Positions 51,220 to 63,219 of a stretch of DNA of 64,000 nt are shown here, piece after piece. This DNA is from Sphyrna mokarran. Lineage: Eukaryota. How positions within the stretch are numbered: the first letter of the stretch is position 1; the number at the start of each line of letters is the position of its first letter. The DNA lies in the NCBI GenBank assembly GCA_024679065.1, contig JAGIQG010000008.1:36208001-36272000 (forward strand), given 5' to 3'. A model generated the notes under the pieces. The model worked only from the letters and a program-made list of their open reading frames with translations. It was not told where the DNA came from and ran no database searches. Both the position numbers and the translations under genes were made by a program.

Positions 51220-52200
51220 ATATCACAGAATTGTCACAGTGCAGAAAAGAAGGTCATTCATCATTTTGCACTGCTCAGATTGAACAATTCACTTAATGTT
51301 ACCTTCCCACTCTAACCCTGCACATCATTCCTTTTCAGATATTACTTCCAAAATTTCTTTTTGAATGCTTCAATTGAATCTACTCCACTTTTGTAAAGTG
51401 TGGGACTCAGAACTACATACAATATTCCCAACTGAGGAATAACTAATGTTTTCTGCACCTTCAACAAAACTGCCTTACTTTTGTTTACTCTATAATCTTA
51501 TTAATAAAGCTTAAGATACTATATGCTTAATTAACCATGCTCTCAACCTGTCCTGTCACCTTCAATGACTCGTGTGTATGCACCCATGTCCTTCTGCTCC
51601 AGCCTTCTTTTTAGATTTGTATCCTTTATTTTATATCATATCTCCATGTTCTTCCTACCAAAATGAATCCCTTCATGTTTCTCCACATTGAACTTCATCT
51701 GCTACTTGTCTGCCCATTCCACCAACTTGTCTATGTCCTCTTGAAGTTCTACACTGTCCTCTTCACAGTTCATAATGCTCCCAAGTTTCCTATCATCCAC
51801 AACTTTAAAATTATGCCCAGTACACCGAAGTCTAGGTTACTAACATATATATCAGGAAAAGAAGCGAGGACTGAAACCTGGGAACTCCACTAAAATTCTT
51901 GCTCTAGCCCAAAAACATTCATCAATCACTTTATTGTGTTTACTGTAAGTCAGTCAATTCTGCATCTGTGTTGCTACTATCCCTTTTGTTCTTTGAGCTA
52001 TAACTTTGTTTACAAGTCTGTTATGTGGCACTGTATCAAACCCTTTTGAAAATCTATATACGTCCTATCAACTGTATTGCCCTGATGCCTCTTCAAAAAC
52101 TCCAGGAAGTTGGTAAAACATGATTTTCCCTTGAGAAATCTATGTGGGCTTTCCGTAAATTAACCCACATTTGTCCATGACCATTTAATTATTGTTGCTA
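51220..52200 (-). mobile_element. Old CR1 fragment
   Basis: cagaactacatacaatattcc, cacattgaacttcatctgc, ggaactccact and aaaactcc...ttggtaaaacatgat. Confidence 0.75.
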
Positions 52201-53547
52201 GGAGATTCTTGGTCACTGAAATTAAACTGTCATTTATTTAAAAGGATTGCAAGGCTGATCACATGATTTGATAATGATGTTATTAAGGTTTGTAGAGGCT
52301 TCTGTTTTGCTTACAGTTTTATATTCTGCATTGCAAAGAGAGCAGCTGTTCAATAAAACCTCCTATGTTAGTTGAATTTATGTGCAAACTAAGTATTTTC
52401 TTTCTGTTAAAACCTACAACCCATAATATAGGACATTACAAACTGACTGACTTGTAGTTGCTTGGCTTATCTTTGACTTTTTTTGAACAAGACCACAACA
52501 ATCACAAATCTCCTACCTTCGCAAGTCCAAGAAAGATTGAAAAATTATGATCAGAAGGTCTATTTTACGTTTTCTGTTTATTGCTCCTGCTTAGCAGTAC
52601 TTTTTTTTAAATATTCCATATAGTTTGGAGAAATAGCAATAATATGTATCAAATGCCCAGTATGAATGGAGTGAGTTGAATTTTTTCAGAAATTTCAAAG
52701 CGTACCTCTGAATTAACAGCATACTTTACAAGGATAAAAGTAACTCATTGAATTCTTTATGGGCAATGACTTATCAAATTTTAGGTTAACTGGATTGTTT
52801 CACTGGTTAATGTAAAGCATGTTGAGCTTGTGTTAGTTGCATATTACTTAAAATCGGAATCATCATAAGAATCTTGGCATGTATTCTAAGATAAATTTGA
52901 TTATTTTAAACTGTAATATCACTGTTTGCAATTATGTTTATTTAATGCACGTTATTTAATTTGCTTGCCCCTTTCCCCAATCCCAGCATTCCTTTTGCCA
53001 AAATATTAGCGAGGTAATCAACTTCCTGACTACCTTTGCTGCTGAGTTGTTTGGAATATGCAACTAATTAGTTTAACCTCATTTCATTTACTGTTGCTTG
53101 GAAATGCATTTTCTATAACCTTTGAATACATTGTGTCATTTTAGAATAAGAAATAGAAGAGCTTTGTTGAAAGGTAGTGGTCCTGCTCAAAATCAGTAAG
53201 CTTTTACATCCATTATCTATCAAAAATAATTCAAATGTATTTTTCAGAGAGAAGATGCATGTTAAATTTAGCTTTCCTTGGTGTTAGTTCACCATTGGCA
53301 TTTGGAACTGGATGAAAATGAATTGTCTTATTCTGGTTTATATTGAGAATTTCATTACAGTATGATGCATTTTTTAATTAGCTAATGGAATTCATTTTCC
53401 AGCTGAGACATGAATCTGTATGTTCTAATTAATAATTTTCTATTTGTGAAAAAAATTGGAACCTTTTCCTTTAACCTATCTTTTGGCCATTTAAGATGGT
53501 TTTGATGATATTGCCTATACCAATTATCCATGAATTTAATTTTACAG

Positions 53548-53658
53548 ATCCTGTCCTGAGTGTCGAATTACATCAAATTTTGTCATTCCAAGTGAGTACT
53601 GGGTAGAAGACAAGGAAGAAAAACAAAAACTCATCAAAAAATACAAAGAGGCAATGAG
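53548..53658 (+). CDS. MKRN1: Makorin-1 coding exon (exon 6 equivalent), end of the RING domain
   Basis: Not in the ORF track; read by eye. Acceptor tttacag|A, encodes (K)[36 protein letters not shown], donor AG|gtaaaa. Phase 2 at both ends. Confidence 0.97.
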
Positions 53659-53753
53659 GTAAAATGAACTGAAACACTTCTCCAGAGTAACATTTGCTAT
53701 CACTACAGCTTCCCTTTCTCGCTTCTATATTTTCAATATTGCTATATTTTTGG

Positions 53754-53904
53754 TAAGAAGTCTCACACTACCAACAGGTTTATTTTATTTGGTAGCACAG
53801 GCTTTCAGAGTGACACTCCAAAAACTTGTGCTACCAAATAAACCTTTTGAACTTTAACCTGGTGCTGTGAGACCCCTGTCCAACGCCAGCATCTCTACAT
53901 TGTG
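53754..53904. mobile_element. Miniature fold-back PLE derivative (family A)
   Basis: Perfect 16-bp inverted repeat at 53784-53799 and 53827-53842, PLE terminus ccaacgccagcatctctacat, and 13-bp direct repeat GCTATATTTTTGG at 53741-53753 and 53905-53917. Confidence 0.8.
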
Positions 53905-54283
53905 GCTATATTTTTGGCCAGATTTAATTTTTCCATATTTCAGAAAAACTGTTTTTTGAAGAGTGAATAAAAATTGATGGTTTTGACACTGAAAGAATAT
54001 CAGTGTGTATGAGTTTCAGTTGTAGGGAGCTGTACAGTTTTTGCAGACTTTTTGTCTTAAATTATAATGCTGATAATGACTTCAGTGACGAAGACCCAAA
54101 CAGGAATTTTCTCAAACTGATTGTTGATTTCTACACCAATCTTTCTGACACTATCTTATCAGTCTATGCCTGTAGAAAATCAGTCAAAACATTTGGGATC
54201 TGAGTAAAATCTGGAATAATATCCTCTTTTTAATTTTATTGATCTGAAAATTAAAGTTTGAAGCCATCAAATGATTATTTATA

Positions 54284-55672
54284 AAGAACAAAGAACAAAA
54301 CAGCACGGGAAACAGGCCCTTCGGCCCAATGAGCCCACGCCGCCACCACGATGTTCCCACCTCTACCCATGATCCCTATCTATGTTTATAGATCTATGGA
54401 TTAAAAACCAAATTTGAGACAATTTAGGGAGAATTTGTTTTGCTAATTAGCCTAAGAGCACAGCTTTGGGATGTGGGAGGAAACCGGAAAACCGCAAGCA
54501 CGGGGAGAATGCGCAAACTCCCACAGACACAGGCCCAAATCCATATATCTGCACAGCACAGCGATAGTCACTGAGCTGCTGTGTTGCCCATCAAATGGTC
54601 CAGGTCAAGCGTACACTAACGACATGAAGCACTAGGATACTCTCGAAAACAATCCAAGAGCAGCCCTCTCACGACCCATCGTGTGAATGCTCCTTGTTAG
54701 ACAAGATGGACCAAAGCACCTGTAGGATAAAAACAAGTACATCAATATCAACATCTATTTACACACTTCCCGGGACTCCCAAGGCTCATGGTCCCTATTT
54801 TAAATCAGTTTTTTATACCCCTCCATTCCCATTCTGTTCATGTGCCCATCTAAGTATTTGTTAAATAACTCCAGAGTGCCTGCCTCCACCATGTTACTTG
54901 GCAGTGCATTCCATACCCCCACCACTCTCTGTGTGCAAAAACTCCCTCTAGCACCCAAATTATACCTTACCCCCCTCACCCTAAGCCCCTATCCCCTCGT
55001 GCTATTCGAATCCATCCTAGGAAAAAGCTTAACCCTGTTTACTCTATCTATACCCCTCATAATCTCGTACACCTCTATTAGATCTCCTCTAAGTCTACGT
55101 CTTTCTAAGGAAAACAGTCCCAATTTGCCTAACCTTTCCTCGTAACTCAGACCTTCCATACCAGGCAGCATCCTGGTAAACCTCCTCTGCACTCTCTCCA
55201 CAGTCTCCACGTCCTTCCGGTAGTAAGGCGACCAGAACTGGACACAGTATTCCAAATGAGGTCTAACCAGCGTTTTATACAACTGCAACTTTAAAGGCCA
55301 GCTCTTGTACTCTATACTCCTTCCTATAAAGGCTAGCATACTATATGCTTTCTTCACAACCTTCTCCACTTGCTCTGCCACCTTCAGAGATTTGTTCACC
55401 TGCACCCCAGGTCCCTCTGCATTTCTATACTCTTAATAGGTCTACCCTTTATCATATACCTCCCCCCTACATTTTTTCTCCCAAAATGCATCACCTCACA
55501 TTTATCAGGATTGAATCCCATCTGCCATCTATCTGCCCAAGCTACCAGCCTATCTATGTCCTGCTGTATCGCCTGACAATGCTCCTCACTATCTGCAAGT
55601 CCAGCCATCTTTGTATCGTCTGCAAACTTGCTGATCATTCCACTTACTCCCTCTTCCAAATCATTTATGTTC
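54284..55672 (-). mobile_element. CR1 3' portion with a long 3' UTR
   Basis: INDL...KFADDTK...NPDKCEVMHFG, a frameshift near 55400, RPHLEYC and a (TTCTTTG)n tail at 54284. Confidence 0.92.
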
Positions 55673-56577
55673 ATTAAGCAAAGCATGTTTAAAAAATTCA
55701 GCATTTTAATTAAGTATTTTCTGTTTTTATTAATGCTCCCGTGATATAGTTTTAAATCCCAGTATAGCAGTTAGTGAAATTTAAATTCAATTATTAAATC
55801 TGTAAATAAAACTAGTTTCGTTCATCAAAATATTTTTTACTCTGAATATATTTACGAAAGAAATAGATTTCTCGACACGAAAAGCCATCAAGGCATATGC
55901 GGAGGAAGAATGGGAGTATGGCATTGAAATAGAGGATAGGTCGTAATCGTATTAAATGGTGAAGCAAACTTGAGGGGCAGAATGACAGAACCCTCCTATT
56001 TGTCTATATGCCAACTCTGTCCATTATTTGTTATTGCAATCGTGCTACAATTCTGGTAGAGTTTGGCTCACATCAATGACTATCTTCTCAGTGTTTTTGC
56101 CAACTGAGTGTACATCATCAAGGAAGCTATTCTGAGTTGTACTCTCACATTTCAAATTAATTGGCTGACGGTCAGCATTGGGTTACTTGGAAGTGAGTTA
56201 TTAGCCGACACCATAGGGTGATTTATGGTGGAGCATAATCAAAAATGACTGGCAAATAAAAATTTAAACATAAAATGTAAAGGAGAATACTTTGCTTCTA
56301 ATAACAATACAAATAGCAAATGCTGGAAATACTAAGAAGCATCATCAGTTGGGCATTGACTTGGAATGTTAACTCCATTTCTCTCTTCATAGTTTTTTCT
56401 ACTTGATCTGTTGAATATTTTTTTTTAGAAATTTCTGCTTTTATTACACATTTAACCATATTGGATTATAAATGTACTTGTTAATGTTGGAATTGACCTA
56501 ATGTTGTTTTATTAGTTTCTGTCACCAGAGAAAGCGCGAGTTTTCAGTATTCAAAATTATTTTTTGTTGCTCTGCAG

Positions 56578-56722
56578 CAACAAGGCATGTCGATACTTTG
56601 ATCAAGGACGTGGCTCTTGTCCCTTTGGGGGAAATTGTTTCTACAAACATGCATACCCTGATGGTCGTCTGGAAGAATCTCAACCACAGAGGAAGTCAAT
56701 TAGTTCAATGGGTAGATATCGG
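56578..56722 (+). CDS. MKRN1: Makorin-1 coding exon (exon 7 equivalent), C-terminal C3H zinc finger
   Basis: Acceptor ctgcag|C. Encodes (S)[30 protein letters not shown]...GRYR. Donor CGG|gtaagt. Confidence 0.97.
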
Positions 56723-56874
56723 GTAAGTATTTTGCTATATGGTTTAAAAAAAAGTGAATTTTGATTAAGGATGTCACCTTTATGCAGATACTTTCATTGA
56801 AAAGCTGTGCTGAATATATTATAGGGAGATTTGGTGGAACATACCAGAACAACATTTTTAATATGCTATAGGCT

Positions 56875-57005
56875 TAGTTCTGATGAAAGGTCACAACTTG
56901 AAACATTAACTCTGTTTCTTTCCAAACCACAATGCCGGATCTCCTCAGTATTTCCAGCATTTTCTGGTTTAATATCTGATTTCCAGCATCTGCAATATTT
57001 TGCTT
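56875..57005 (+). mobile_element. Family B terminal fragment with a hammerhead motif at 56876-56911
   Basis: AGTT-CTGATGA-A-AGGT(caca)ACTT-GAAA-CATT-AACT followed by the family B tail (tttccagcattttctg...gatttccagcatctgcaatattttgct). Confidence 0.7.
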
Positions 57006-57831
57006 CTGGTTTTTTTTTGATGAGTGATGTCATTTTATGTTTTGCATTGTTTCCTTCTAACTAAATTACATCGGGTCAAACTAAGAAAGAACATGCAAAC
57101 GTTGCCTTAGAATGGAATTTTATCAGTATGTTTGCCCGAGGTTTGTACAAATCTCACCCAAGACCAGTGGAGAATGCTGTTCCCCAGGGGCAGGCATGCC
57201 AGCAAAATTCTGGCCTTTGTGTTTGTTACTGCTGTTGTCATTTGACACTTTTCATGGGCATTAATTGTTTACAATCAGTGGATCAGTATGGTATAGAATC
57301 CCAGAATTTACAAGCTGAGGCCTTTAGTAATAAAGTGGTAATAGAATTCTATTCTTTTGGGGATCTGATTGGATTGGAAGTCAATTGAAATGCAGTATTT
57401 AATGTTGACTATTATAGCTAAATTGATCTGGTTTACACCAGAAGCACCTGATTGGTTTTTAAGCCATTATTTTGTGCCAGTATAACCTGAAGACAAAATT
57501 GAGATTCATTTCTTTCCATGGGTCTCCTCTGCCATTTTTTAATTCCCTGTCTTTAAACTGTGTATACTACAAACCAAAATTTCACACAACATCGCCTCGT
57601 TGAGAACGAATAGTCAGTGCTAATGTTTTCCCTTCAGTCTGGATAACACTAAGTCTGAATCAATCCTCTAGTTTGTTCTCAGCTATTGTATAGCATGGAA
57701 GGGAATCATTTGCCTTCAAACAGCCTTTTTAACAGCTAATTGTATCCTTTGGAGGCCAGTACAATGTTACTGAGATGTTGTTCATTCAAAAGCTTTTTCA
57801 TTTATTTACAGTTATACATGTTTTCTCATAG

Positions 57832-58041
57832 AATCAACGGAGGACACATTTTTGGGATTTCATTGAAGAAAGAGAAAATGCTGATTCCTATGAAGATGAT
57901 GAAATGGTTACCTTTGAGCTTGGTGAAGTTCTGCTAATGCTTTTGGCTGATGGTCATGATGATGACTTCTCAGAATCTGATGATGAGTGGGACTTGTTCC
58001 ATGATGAAATTGATGTTGATTATTATGAATTTGACCTATAG
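57832..58041 (+). CDS. MKRN1: Makorin-1 last coding exon (exon 8 equivalent), acidic tail and stop codon
   Basis: Acceptor ttctcatag|AAT. Encodes NQRRTHFWDFIEERE...VTFELGEVLLMLLADG...EWDLFHDEIDVDYYEFDL followed by TAG at 58039-58041. Confidence 0.96.
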   Translation, partial: NQRRTHFWDFIEERENADSYEDDEMVTFELGEVLLMLLADGHDDDFSESDDEWDLFHDEIDVDYYEFDL

Positions 58042-59930
58042 CACCAGCTGTGGATTTTGGATTGTCCTGTTATTGTTTTTTAGACAGTAGCTTTTCCTGT
58101 GTTGTGGCAGTGCCATATGTTTTAGGCAGGCCAGGCAGTGGGTGCAGTTTCACTTTGGACATTGTGCAGAGTTTTGTCAGTAGTGCATCAAAAAAGAAAC
58201 CTATTCCTTACTAAATATAAGTTAAATTAACTTGCTTTACTAAGGGTGATAACCTTGAGGATAAATATAGCAACTGGCTTTATTTATTCATGTGGAAAAA
58301 AGTTGAGTTTAGGTACTTGACCTAATATAGGTGTGTGTGTCCTTGTTGGCTATGAAAGCGATATGACCACTTGCATGCACAAAAGCCTGAAACCAACAAG
58401 AGACCACATACACCATAACTCATTTTACAACTTGTATTATTCTATCTATACAATACCCTTTCCACATAATTACATTTGTTTTAAAGAAGATGTCATGCAG
58501 TCAGTGCCCTTTTTAGAAGTCAAAGTATAAAATAATTATGATTAACAACCTTGGTTTTTTTTCCTGTCTTTCTATTTTTTTAATTTTATATGGTATGCTA
58601 ATACAGCTCAGGAGAACATGGCTTAGGGGAGGAACTGAGCTCAGCTTGTGAGGGAGCTGAATTACTTGTACACTGTTGAAATGATTGGATGCTTTGTGTT
58701 AGGAATTATTTATTCCCTCATACTATGTGGCTCAGCAACTCCCAACCAATTCTCAACAATAACATCATCAGCACTCAGTTTATACAAAAATATTTTTAAA
58801 ATAAACTCAAATAGATCAGAAAGAAAAAGGATGTTAATCAGAATTATTTTCATTTGTTCAATTTTGAAAAGGAATCCTACTGTTAAGATTCTCTCTTTAA
58901 GAGTGTACCCTGTGTGAAAAAGACTGTATGCCATGGTGAAGTGAATTAATGGCATTAATTAAAGTAAAACAACTTGTTATAGCACTATCAGATTCCATAT
59001 GAAATGTGAGGTTAACTGTTCAATGTCTTACTGTTGTTTTTTATTTATTAACTATTGGCTGTTCTGACTGATTTCCTAGTTAGTTAGCTTATTTAAATCC
59101 TTCATCTAATCTAGAGAAAAAATAATGACACATAATTATGGGAATTACCAAAGTCTTGTTATTTATCCTTTTTCATATAGATCTCATTTTATATCTTGTA
59201 AGTTTATCTGAATGATTTCAGTTCAGATTTCATTTGGATTCCTAACATTAAAGATAGGGTCATCTTGTGATACTGACTCAGTCTGATGTTTGGGAATGGT
59301 CCAGGTGAATCTTTTGTAAGTAGCAAATTCATCAATTGCAGGTTATAAATGTGTAAATTTACAGATTTAGGCAGATTAACTCCCACCATTCTCTCCTTTA
59401 CTAAAGCTCACCTATTAATTAATTAAGATGCATTAGTTGAATATGCCGAGAGTCATAAATTAATGAAATTCAGTCAAATGTACCAATTTCTGCCATCTTG
59501 TATTATAATAATTAAACTCCACATTCTCAGTTCTGGCTTCATAGGCATCTGCACAATTTGAACTCAATGCAGACTGAAAGCTAGGATACATGTTCCCTAT
59601 TCTCCTTCACAGGACATTAGGATTCAGTGAATATTTTTAATGGAAGCATGAGAATCTGAGTAATTGTGGCATGACTTGAATATGTGACAATGCATATTAA
59701 CCCTGTTTTCCTCTCTGTGGAACTGCACGCGAGATCTGAATTTGAAAGGAGGTTTTGCTGTTGTGAGCCTAATGATCTTGGCAATGTAAGTGAGAGGAAA
59801 TGTAGATTCTCAAACTTTGAGACCAGTTACTTCTGGAAATGTAACTGGAACAAATACCCTTTAAACTGTCGTATTACAAGTATAAAACAGCATTTTTCTA
59901 AATAAATACTTGTTGCTCCAAACCATGTTG
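58042..59930 (+). other. MKRN1: Probable MKRN1 3' UTR
   Basis: Stretch after the stop codon with no recognisable repeats, ending near AATAAA at 59901. The end point is inferred. Confidence 0.55.
59901..59906 (+). terminator. Candidate polyadenylation signal (AATAAA)
   Basis: AATAAA followed about 25-40 nt later by GU-rich sequence (atgttgtaaatgtcctgtgtat). Confidence 0.5.
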
Positions 59931-61159
59931 TAAATGTCCTGTGTATATCCTGGATAAAAAAAAAGTCAAAGTACTCGTATAATTTATAGAGATGATCAAT
60001 AACATGCGTAGAATGATGAGTGGACTATCTTAATGAATGAACAGGCAGATTTGTCATTAAAACAGTTAAGTAACGTGTCACATGAATAGCATATTTAAAT
60101 GTCTATATGTTGTTATGTCTAAAACTCAGGGATGATACATTATTGATTGTTTAGTATGCTACTTATATACTGTGTAGCAGCAATTTATGCTTAATTTAAT
60201 AGTTCCATCGATTTAGATCCTTGATTTATGTATTTAAAGTTAAGGTTGCATTTGAGCAAGCACAATCCTTTCATCTATAGGCCCTAGATTTAAATCTTAG
60301 CTGGACTGAAAGCAAGGAAATTTCCCCTTTCCCCATTTACCAATTGGAACAGTCCTACGTGAAATGCATTTTAAAAGAGCAATTTTGAATTGTACATATT
60401 CCGCTGTCGTTTACTTCCAGAAACCACTTTTCTATTGAAAATCACTTTAACAAATATTGGTTCAAGAAGAAACATTGGCACCAGTTAAATCTTGGCTAAC
60501 TGAGTTAGTTCATAATGCTTCTGCATTCCAACAAATACATAGCCAGATTTGTTCAGCACATAACCCAATCCAAGCTGAAACCAACTTCTGCCTGGAATCG
60601 TTCATAAATAATACCTGCCTTTGCTCTAGAAAATCCTTCAACTCTTATAGCCTGTCATGAATGGCTATCAATATCCAAAGAATATCAATAGCTCATGGGA
60701 TCATTCTCTGCTAGCCAAGTTGGTTGTGTGTTTTTGTACAATAATTGCAGCAGCTTCCTCTCCAAATGCAGTTTAATAGAAAGCCCTCTTTAGTGAGAAA
60801 ATTAAAAAACTATTTAACAGGCCTAGGCTGCCACCAATTTAGCCTTTGAACTTCTCTTAGATCAACACTCGGTTTCAAAATCTTCCAATATTGATACAGG
60901 TGTTCCTGTCCAGGAGCTTTATCAGAACTACAACAATCATTCTGTGTTTTCAAACAGGGCTACATATATTCAGCATGTTATTTTCAATCTGAATGTTGCA
61001 CTTGGCTGTAGTATGGAGGACACAATATTCCAACTGTGGTCTAACCAAGATTCTGAATAAATACATTAGCTCCCTGCTTACATATTCTCTTCCTCTAGAA
61101 ATGCACTTTATACTCTTGATGGCACTATCAACTTGTGTTGCTAGTTTTAGTGTTTTATT

Positions 61160-61600
61160 TCCATTTTTCTGGATGAGTGCAGCTCAAACACAGCATTCAA
61201 GAAACTCAATACCATTCAGCACTGCATTTGATCCACCACCTTAAATATTTCACTCTCCCCACCACAAGCACACTGTGGCAACAAGATGTGCTGGAACAAC
61301 TCACAAGTGTCCTTCAACAACTGCTTCCAAACCAGTGACCTATACCATCCAGAAGAATAAGGGTAGCAGACACATCAGCACCTGCAAACTCAGTCCAGGG
61401 CACACGTTATCCTGGTTTGAAATTATATTACATTTTCTTCACAGTCAGTAGGTCAAAATTCTAGAACTCCCTCATTACTTTGAGTATACCGTATATTCAG
61501 CAGTGATTATGAAGCTGGGTCAGTACCACCACCTTAAGAGCAACTGGGAATGCGCACGAAATGCTCACCTTGCCAGCAATGCTCATGTGCCAGGAATGTA
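61160..61600 (+). mobile_element. 3' fragment of the second LINE family
   Basis: ctggatgagtgcagctcaaaca...cttccaaacc...ccttgccagcaatgctca. Confidence 0.65.
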
Positions 61601-62119
61601 CTTTTTACAATGTGTCAGTACCCCTAGATGTCTGCTTCTCTAGTTTTTTTACCTTTCGACAAGTACTGTCTTCCTTATTCCTCCTATCAAAATGACCAAC
61701 ATTTAGCTCACTATATTAAATATAGTTTGTTACTTTTTTACTCATTCTGAAACAAAATATGTACCATAGTCCAATCTGACTGAAACTGTCCCATTCTTTT
61801 CTAATTTTAAGTTTCATTAAGGCTAAGATAAATACTGTTAAAATGCCGATGCTGTATTATCGACTCAACACAGTTCAACAATTTCAGATCATGAAAAAAA
61901 TCTTCCTTTCTGGACAGCAACTGTTGGTATTGATTCTGCATTTACACCACTTCCACTGCTTGCTTCTTGTTCCATTACCACCCACTTTCACCATGCACTA
62001 TTATTTCTTTGTCCTTTAATTTTTCATGCCTCCCATCCCATCACAGACTTATCCATGTGTTCTTTTCCTCCCCTTGCTCCTTTCCCTGCCTCTGGTACTT
62101 CCTTTTAAATTGTTACTTC

Positions 62120-62455
62120 TCAATAGATTCAAAATCATGGGAGGCCCAGACAGAGAAAGGGAGACACTATTCCCATTTGCAGAAAGAATGAAAACCAGAG
62201 AACATCAATTTAAGGTGATTGGCAGAAGAAGCAAAGGTGATGAGGAAAAACTTTTATGCAGTGAGTGATTGGGATCTGGAGTGCATTGTCTTAAGAGTGG
62301 GGTGGAGGCAAGTTGAATTGTGACTTTCAAAAAAGAATTGGGTCATTATCTGAAGAGGAAAGGCAGGAGAATGGCATTACTGAATTATCTTATAAATAGG
62401 CCGCATATATTTGACAGCTGACTTGCTGTCCCCTGTGCTGTAGCCATTTTATGAT
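62120..62455 (+). mobile_element. CR1 3' fragment
   Basis: FKIMGG.DRE..LFP...TREHQFKV and the tail ctgtgctgtagccatt. Confidence 0.65.
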
Positions 62456-63062
62456 ATCTATTTTTGTGTATCTGGCAATCTGTTTCTCTCTAGGCGGATG
62501 CTATCCGACCTGCTAAGTATTTTCAACATTTTCTGGTTTTATTTGAGACTTCCAGTTTCTACACGATTTGTTTTTCGTGATGCAGCCTTACCAGAATTTG
62601 CTCTAAGCATCTACCACGGACAATATATCAACACAGACTTGACTCATTAAGAGAAAAATTTCTGAATGGAAATGTGCCCATATTTTCTCTATTTAGAACA
62701 TATTCATAGATTCATTAAACTAACACAAATTAGCTGACTATACAGACTTCCTTTATTGAAAGGTCTCTCAGCCTCCCTGTTGGCATATGGTATATTCCAA
62801 GAACTCTGCATTTTTGTCAAGGGCAAGGAAATTTACTTAGAGAGAAAATAAAGTAAAATCTTCATAACATTATTTGACCAAAGATTCTTATCTGCTAATT
62901 ATTTTGCAATCATTCAAAGATCTGTTTCTCTTCTTTGTGAAACAATAATTATTGGAAAGCAGCATCTTTGTATTTTCTCCAAATTCTCAACTTTTGTATG
63001 ATCACTGTGGTCAAACCAACATTGATAGTAATCTTCCACACACATCTGTCTTGTTCAAATTG

Positions 63063-63219
63063 TAACAGTTTATTTGGTAGCACAAGCTTTCAGAACGCTG
63101 CTGATGAAGAAGCAACACTCCAAAAGCTCATGCTACCAAATAAACCTGTTGTACTTTAACCTGGTGTTGTGAGATTTCTTACTGTGCCCACCCCAGTCCA
63201 ATGCTAGCATCTCCACATC
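63063..63219. mobile_element. Miniature fold-back PLE derivative (family A) with a degenerate hammerhead
   Basis: tttatttggtagca...tgctaccaaataaa around CTGATGAAGAAGCAACACTCCAAAAGCTC, plus the PLE terminus. Flanks TCTTGTTCAAATTG (63049-63062) and TCTTGTTTAAATTG (63218-63231). Confidence 0.8.

Noticed and set aside
57801-57831. Upstream acceptor tttacag at 57811 for the last exon
   Set aside because: It adds 20 nt and shifts the frame; the AG at 57830-57831 restores homology.
58103-58117. IRE-like CAGUG hairpin in the 3' UTR
   Set aside because: It lacks the sixth loop base in the paired register and the unpaired C five pairs upstream, so it is not a canonical IRE.
60240-60370. Possible LF-SINE-like remnant (also ~63330-63630, minus strand)
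   Set aside because: Too degenerate to assign without a profile search.
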